From Antedon mediterranea (taxonomy: Eukaryota > Animalia > Echinodermata), in contig NC_092676.1 in NCBI RefSeq assembly GCF_964355755.1, forward strand, positions 20,664,871-20,728,870: DNA of 64,000 bases, read 5' to 3'. The position numbers and the translations under genes were made by a program. The notes beneath the pieces were generated by a model. The model saw only the letters and a list, made by a program, of their open reading frames with translations. It did not search any database and had not been told where the DNA came from. This document shows, piece after piece, positions 30,101-39,100 of the stretch. Position 1 is the stretch's first letter. Each line of letters begins with the position of its first letter.

Positions 30101-33100
30101 ACCTTTTTTTAATACTTCCCATGCCGATGCCTTTGAGTGACCACTTAGATATGAGCAGTGAAGAGTTAAATTACTGTATGTATGTATTAATATAATTTAA
30201 CTCTTCCCTGGATATGAGGTAGTATCGCATCCACTAATAGTGTGGAATGGAATCAGTGCTTTTGCAGAACCCTCGGGCAAGGCTTGAAAAATGTCTTTTA
30301 TAGATACTTTCTTTTTTTGGATGTCCCTGTCATCATCCATTTGGATACCATGCTTTGGTAGTGAGACACTAGAATCACTAGTACGTCTGTATCCCTAGAA
30401 GCAACTACAACTGTGTCGTATCGGACATTGGCAGCATGACAAGTCTCGTGTCCGATTCTTCATGGTCTGACCAGAGACAACGTATTCGTGTACAATTTTG
30501 ATGATTTAACAACTGATTCTTTCATAAATCCACCAGCTGTGACAATTTCTTTGTCTATAGGAGCTTGACGAATCAACTCCTCTGATAGAAATCGTGTCAG
30601 ATCTGCATTATTATCTTGTAATGCCAACAAGTTTGACCAGCAATTTGGCAGCGGTATTTCACCACTTTCTATAATTCGACGAATTGGTCTCTGTGTTTTG
30701 GTTCATCTTTGTCTGGTGGTGTCCTTTATCGACAGTTTTAAGTTAGGCATGCCATGTTTAAAAAAAAAAAAATTACCTCCAACAAGCGATGCAGTGCACC
30801 AGCATCATATAAAAAGAGCACACTTCCAAGCACTCGTATTGAAAAAAGCTGTATCGCCAATCCAGCATTTGCCATCACCAACATATTTTGGTTGGGAGCT
30901 ATCTAATGGTAAACTTCAACCAGTGCTTCTGAAAAATGAAGCTATTCCTACTGCTTCGTTAGAGATGATTTATTGTGGATGCAAGACACGATGCATAACC
31001 ATATAGATGTAGGTGCAAAAAGTCAAAACTACCATGTACAGCTTTAATATGCTACTGTAACAACGCTAAAGATGACGGAAACCTTTGCATGAATGATCAA
31101 AACTGATGCCCTTAACATGTTCATTCCCAATGTAGCTTACGTGTTCACTATTCTTTCAAACCTATACAATTATAATCCATCATATTGATGGCAGGTAATT
31201 TCCAAATTTCCAAATGTGGCTGACGTGTTCAAATTCTTTTTTAATTCTATAATCATAATCCATCATATTGATGGCTGGTACTATACAATCATAATCCATC
31301 ATATTGATGGCAGGTAATTTCCAAATGTAGCTGACGTGTTCAAATCCTTTTTTAAATCTATAATCATAATCCATCATATTGATGGCAGGTAATTTTCTAA
31401 TGTAGCTTATGTGTTCAAATTCTTTTTTAAATCTATAATCATAATCCATCATATTGATGGCAGGTAATTTCCAAATGTAGCTGACATGTTCACATTTTAA
31501 AAAATCTATAATCATACTCCATCATATTGATGGCAGGTAATTTTAAATTTCAACAAATGTAACTTGCGTGTTCAATTTTTTTTTTAATCTATATAAATCA
31601 TAACACATCATATTTGATGGCAGTGAATTTTATAATTTTACTAATTATTATTGAGTATAAATAATTTCATAGTTATGCAATTATATTATATTATATTCAG
31701 TATACAGTAGGCCTATGCTGTAGTTTAAAGGTCAATAACCATACTATCGGGCATTCTTGTACAAAATGTGCCATTAGACTGTATAGAAACACACATGTTT
31801 TAAACAATTTAAAAAGAAAAAAAAATTCATAAGACCACAATTTTCAAAGTTATATTATTATTATATTATTATATTTGACTAATAGTTCAAAGGTCAATAG
31901 TTGTAGAATCGGCCATTTTTTGTAAAAACATTTCATTATAATAAATAAGAATGTATAGTTTCTGAACAATTTGAGCCCTATTTCGTGTCTCTCCGATTAT
32001 TGGTTACTGAGATACGATAAATCAAGGTCAAAGGTCAAAATGTCAGAAATACGACTTGCATCAATTTTTTGAGAAAATGTGTCATTAAAGTGAATATAAA
32101 AACATATATTTAAAACATTTTGACACCAAAATTAATTATCTGTGACTAGTGGTTCTCGAGATATAGGGTAATTATAAAAAATGGCCGCCATTTTTAATTA
32201 TGCAAATTAAGGGCTTAGATGGCCGAATTTCGCTTGGGATCCGCCATATTCGTAATCAGCGAGGTCGAAATATCCTAAATCAAGTGGATCCCAGCTTCTA
32301 CCCAAAAATGCTTCTTACATCATATTTCAGAGGAAATAGAACTTGTCTAAATCAACAGGTAAGTACTCTCATGTGATACTCTATTTAGAAATTTGCATGA
32401 CAAATAATTAAATTTGCCTAGATACCCAGGAAGAATCGGCTACTTAATTTTGATGAGTATACAGCATCCATATAATAAATATGTGTCACTTTATTTTTTT
32501 TTTACAGTAAAACCAAAATGTGATTTTGAAGATGGTCTTTGTGGTTGGGAGATACAGACTGGTATGAAACGTGATGCTCCTCTATTTATGTTTGTACGTG
32601 GCCAAGGGGCTAGTGCTACTGACGAGTATAGGCCTGAAAAAGATCACAGCATAGGCACACCTCTAGGTATGTTGACAGTGCAAATGTTAGTTTTTGTTTT
32701 AGTACTAGTGGCCAAAAATGCTACCATGGCATGACTCTCTCTCTCTAACACTCATCTAGTATGATCTGCCGTTCTCTTCCATAAGAAGTTGTTAATCTCC
32801 ATTTGTGATGTCATTACTCTATTCGATTCTCTGTCTTCCTCTTGCTCTTGTGCCTTCAATTGTGCCCTCTAGAAGTGTTCCTGCCAAGTTTCCTGTTCAT
32901 CTTCAGTTCAGCTCTTTGCAGCACTAAGATATTAGACATTCTCTCTTTCCATTTATATTAACAACACCATTTATTAATTCTAAGGTAATTATTACCTCTA
33001 CAGGTTATTACTTGTATGCAGACAGTTCCCCTGGTGACACAGGTGATGTAGCGTACATAATGTCACCTATTATACAGCGCACAAGCTCAAATTGCAAGCT

Positions 33101-36100
33101 TAATTTCTGGTACTATATAAACGGTGCAAATGTTGGTTCTCTGCGTGTGTATACAATGTTTGATCTGGACTTCAAAGAGAGATGGTACATCGGAGGATCT
33201 CAAGGAACTCAATGGAATCAAGCGGTCATCTTGCTGGATTCTGAAAGAGAAATAAGGGTAAGTGTTTATTTTTTTACTGAAACTTGTTTAATGGCAGTGA
33301 ACCAAAACAGCATAAGGGCCTTCATAAAACACACAAACAATTAACATAAAATAGTGTATGTTAAGTTAGTGTCCATTTTGTAGTATATGTGTCTGGTAGT
33401 ATGTATATATCACCTTATTTTGTTTGAGTTTTTGCCCAAAGTATAGCTATACTCGGAAGATATGTGTATTACCTACGTACAGTATGTATGTTTAGACTAC
33501 AGTTGTTTATGTATTATAGAACTTTTGAGTCTTATCTTGTGTTTTATTTAAAGGTTGTGTTCGAAGCAACTAGAGGTCTAACATTCCGTGGTGATTACAC
33601 AATAGATGACATAAGCTTCATCGACTGCTCACCACCAGGTATGTAATACTGTACACAGGAGCAGGACTACCCTTGCGGCACAAACTCCCCTTTTGAATTT
33701 TTAAAAGATTATTAATATATGTTCCGAAAAAATATGAAAAAGAAATGTTAGGTTAGGAAAGGTTAATTAACATATCACTATTTTGTAATGCAGTGGTTTT
33801 TGTATCATTCTGTATAACATTTTAATTTTAATGAACCAAATATAGATATTTCTGGACGTGCTTGTGAAAATAATGAATACCGCTGTACCAACACCTACTG
33901 CATAGACTACAACAAGGTTTGTGACTACAACAATGATTGTGGTGACAACTCAGATGAAGAGCATTGTGGTAAGATATGCTATATAGTGTATGAATATGTG
34001 AAAGCATTTGTGCATACATTGATGTCAAATTTTAAATCAAGTACTGGTAATCTTTACAGGTTTTAGCGATGTAAAATCGAAACACACTGGTACTTTTGCA
34101 TGTCTGTGTAACTTTCTAACAATGGCGTAATGCAGAGGTCTGAGGCCCCTGGTTTATTAACCCTAAGTGGCCCTCCAACGCTGACATATATTTATTTTCC
34201 TCTGAGCACTGCTCAGGGGCCCCATAAGCTCTGGGGCCCCTGGGTGTCGTTATGCTACTGCTTTCTAATGAGTTTACATTACATTCCACTGTGGCGGCAA
34301 ACTAGCGTGTGAAATGTTTGTAACTTGGTAACATTATCTTTGGAGATATCCATGTTAAAATGTGTACATTTGTTTTGCACATGTGAATTGGGTACAACTA
34401 ATAATAATATACTTGCTCCAAATATCGTTTATTGTTTTTAGTAAAAAATAGTTAGCAGCCTATACATAAAATTAGAATAAAATTAAATTGCTTGTGTTTG
34501 ACATGAACATTGGAGTGAGAGGTGTAGAGTGGCAATATGGGAGTGGCATAAAGTATTGTACTAGATATACTCTATTAGCATTGTTCTAAATAGTGATGTA
34601 TGTAGAATACATTATTTCTTCATAAACTTTCCTTTTTAGGTTCTTTCCCTGGACGCTGTGATTTTGAACTTGACATGTGTTCGTGGCATCAGGAATTAGA
34701 TGACCAGTTCGACTGGACTCTTAGGACTGGTAATACTGGCACCATTGGTACAGGACCTTCTAATGACCACACTCTCAAATCAAATAATGGTAAGTGTTTA
34801 AGTGAACATCATTTTCTCTACAATAAGATGATTGCCAATTTATACACAACCATCATTGCATTCTAAAGGTCTTATAGAGCCTCTTGTTGCATGCTTGATG
34901 TGATGTGGCCATATATGTACACAAGGATGTGATATTACTACCATATTTGGGCACACCACACTAGTTTGATAGTGTAGAACAGAGCTTTAAGCCTTGGTAC
35001 TAGCTTCTTTTTAATTTATTATTTTAGGTCACTATATCTACATTGACACTTCATGGCCTCAACAGGAGAATGATGTTGCACGTATAGGCAGTCAAGCATT
35101 CTCTGGTTTAACAGGCGCTGGTTGCAGGGTAAGTGTATATTTAATTGAATATATATAATACTAGTACATTATATATTAATTTAAACAATTGTAGTATCAT
35201 CACTTACACTGATGAAGAGCTATTGTTGCTTTATCATTTTGATTTAGCATTTTTCTTATTTTATTTTGTATCTCCATTGAGATCCCGTCACTGATACCCA
35301 AAGCATTGTAAATTTTTCAGAAATTCGCCTTTGAATTTTTAGCATTTTTTTGTTATTTTACATTCCATTTAACAGATTCGTTTCTGGTATCATATGAATG
35401 GACCAGAAGTTGGTATGTTGAGCATTTTCATGAGAACATCCTACACCAGTGCTGATGGTTTAAAAAGGTTGTATGACATGTTTGGTGCACGAGGAGACAA
35501 CTGGTTGCTAGCAGATATTAATATCGATTCTTATGGTGAAGCATTTGAGGTATCTATATTATTGTTATATGTCAGTAGAATTTTCTAGTATTAGAGGGTT
35601 GGTAGTGCCAAGCACAGTGAATAATAAGAGTCTTTCTATTTAAAATGGAACAGCTCAGTAAGCATGCCTCAACACACAGTATCTTGTTAGTAAATGTATA
35701 GTGATTAAAATGATTTTTAAAACAACATTTAAGGTTGCTGTATTCACCAATTAAACTTATTAATTTCTTTAATTTGATTTTCTAATTTTAAGAGTGGTTT
35801 GGTGTGATTGAAGACAAACTAATTTTCGCCTGTCTTTATTGCATTTAACAGATCGTAATTCAAGGTCAAAAAGGAACAGGAAACCAAGGCGACATAGCTA
35901 TTGATGATACATCATTTACAACAGACTGCGTCACAGGTGGTTCGATACCTGGATCTCCGCATTACAACGACACCAATTTGTATTGTAGTGATGGAAGATT
36001 TGCTTGCGCCACTGGAAATAAATGTTATGAATCATCTCGTCGCTGTGATTTCATCAAAGATTGTCCTGACGGTTCAGACGAAAATTCATGTGGTAAGTTT

Positions 36101-39100
36101 TTAGTTTTGATATTTATAATTATATATACAATGTTATTATCTTTTATTATATTTTGCTCCACCTATATTGACACATTTGGTACCTAGGTTGAAATGATGC
36201 TTCCCAATCTAACTGTATTAATACATAAATGCTTATTTTATAAATATAGGAACTACTTGTGACTTTGAGTTAGGAATGTGTGGCTGGCAGAATTCAAAGT
36301 ATGACAATGGTGATTGGTCGATGGGTCAACCCAGTACCGGTGTACTGAACACTGGTCCAGCTAAGGATCACAACCCAGGAACAGAACAAGGTGAGTGAAA
36401 GAGGAACTGTTTTTACTGAGGTACAAAATTGTACAAATATATATTTCTATATTTCATAAAGGAATTACTCAACAGATAAGTTTAAAATTGTTAATTAATT
36501 GTTTTCAGCCATAAATGTGTTATTCAATATTCATTTGATTTTTGTTACATAAAAAATGTACATGATAAGAAAAAGTTTAAATGTGTTTTATATTTTACTG
36601 TATTATACACTAAAAATATAAAACACAACACATTAATTAATATGTGATATTGTTTTTATAATGTTTTAAAATATTTGATTCAGTTTTAAATATTTTTAAT
36701 CCATTTTATTAGTGGCGGATTTCCTGCTGTCGAATGTGACTGAAAATAAATAAATAAATAAATCTATGAACAGAATTTATCTTGAAAAATGAGCAAATGG
36801 TAAGAAAAATCTTTACCGTGATTTGGATTTAGTATTAATTGTTATATTTATACTGTTTGAAAACAGGTCACTATATGTACGTTGACACCAGTACACTTAT
36901 TGACGGTGGTGGTAACAAAGAGAAATCCCAACTTCAAACCCTCTCCTACCGACACTCAAGCTCTGAATGCACAATCTCTCTCTGGTACCATATGAATGGA
37001 CCTGGTATCGGATCTTTTAACATCCACCTCAAGACATCCATTGGTACTAGTACACTGTTTTCCGTTGCGGACAATCAAGGTAAAGAATGGCACCATACTG
37101 GAGATGTGCAGATTGGCGATCAAGATTTCTTTGTAGTTATACTGGAAGGAATTCAAGGAGTTTCTGTTACTGGAGATATTGCCATTGATGATATACTGTT
37201 TGCAAATTGCCCAACTGGTAAAGAACAATGTTTATTTATTTCTTTCATTATAAAGCAGAGGGGATCATGCGGATGACCCACTTCAGCATTTATAAGCTTT
37301 TACAATTCTGTTTTACTTTTTCGATTAAACATGCTTCTAGAGTTGTCAAATATAATTTAACAAGTTTTTGCTTAATAAACAATTTTAAAATTAAATGTTA
37401 CATTAAAAACTGTAAAGATACAGTAGTAAAATTCCGAGGCTGAATTTTAAATTTTGGTTTGCTCTCTAGCTAATTTCATTGGAGATTGTCGTGGGGATGA
37501 GTTTACTTGTAATGATGGAACGTGTATTGGCCTTGATCGTGTCTGTGATTTTGGAATGGACTGTTCTAGCGGAGAAGACGAATCCCAGTGTCGTAAGACT
37601 TGCACACAATTTACTTTTAATGTAAAGCTCTATCTACACTATCAAACTAGTTTGACAAAAAAGTGTGATGTGCCCAAATATGGCAGTGATATGATGTCAT
37701 AATGTCCATATAAGGGCACATCACCTTTTTTTGTCACATAAAGTTTGATGTAGACAGAGCTTTATGGGTGGATGGAAAATTTGAGCTTTTAATTATAGTT
37801 TGACACAGTGCTTTAAATCTTGTTTATAGGCATATGTTTTATTAGAGAGAGTTAGTGCAGTGTTATTATATTATATAGTGTTATTTTTTGATGTGGTGTG
37901 AACTAATTGAAGTAATTATTTTAAAATATATCTTCTAGCATCTCATGAAGGAGACTGTTCATTTGAGAATTCTTTTGAATCAACTTGTAGCTGGATGCAG
38001 CTTGAGGGAGATCAATCTGACTGGGAACAAGGAGCATCAACACCGACAGATGGCACTGGTCCAGATGCAGACCATACACCTGGAAATGGGGGTAAGTCTT
38101 ATTTATTATTGTTATGAATTGTTGAATTAAAAATATAATAACCTAATAGCTAATATGGGCAAGGTGTTCAAGGCTCATTTGTTCCATGGTTCTGGTGGTA
38201 GAGTCTCCTCGGGTAATGACTATAAACCATAAGTCAAAATACTGGCACAAAAACAAAGTACATTTTTTTTGGGACAAAAAGGGGTTACTCTTGTGCACTA
38301 CAGTATTTCACACACAACCACTGTCATTGACAGATGAGAGAGAACCTGAATTAGCTGCACTGACATGAACTTGACAGAAGAAGCATGTAATTGAAAGTGT
38401 AACAGTTTACAGTGCCATAAGCAATGATCATTACTATACAAATGGGTATATTTCATTAATATGACATTAATTATAAAGTGGATTTCTATTCTAGAAATTA
38501 AGTTGATTATACAAACACGTATTAAAACTATTTTTCTTCTTGTAGGCTTTTTCATTTATGCTAGTTCTGCAGACTTGCAGAAAGGCGACTTGACATGGGT
38601 TGCTACACCATCATTTCCAGCAAGCAAGAACAGTTGTATTCTACGATTCTGGTACTGTATGAATGGCTTCAACATGGGAGGTCTAAGGGTATGTTCAGGC
38701 TTATTTTTAATTTGATTGAATTAGTTGTTTCCTCTTGTGAACATAGCTATAGAAAAGAAGGACAGTGACATAAACACAATTAAAAGTTATTATGGAGCTT
38801 TTGCTTTGCGACGACCAATGACCGACGATCAAACTATGTCATGTTGATTCACTGTGCGCGTACAGAGATATTTGGACGCGTGTCCTCACTCCCCACCGCG
38901 ACACCAAAATTTGATGGTTTATAGGTCCCGACGACTGACGATAAATTGGTTGACCTATTAGTAGCCTACTTCACACCATAAAAACCTCTTCTAGGTTTAT
39001 ACAATGGCGGGTGATGAAGGCTTCAAGCTACTGCAGTGGGAGCTGGTTGGTGATCAAGGAGAAGGCTGGAATTATGGCAAGTTGAACATTGATAATAACC

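Larger units (their letters stand above)
28171..32349. mobile_element. Academ-superfamily (XPG-type) DNA transposon derivative with foldback structure
   Basis: Ends TAGACAGGTTCCATTT...AAATAGAACTTGTCTA; AAT direct repeat at 28168-28170 and 32350-32352. Near-identical inverted arms span about 28214-29990 and 30740-32316. Carries XPG-like and Cys-rich transposase remnants. Confidence 0.85.

Noticed and set aside
31180-31515. 111-aa repetitive ORF ([12 protein letters not shown])
   Set aside because: Chance translation of the minisatellite.
2585-38130. Many short antisense or off-frame ORFs overlapping MAM exons
   Set aside because: Shadows of real exons with no independent domain signal.
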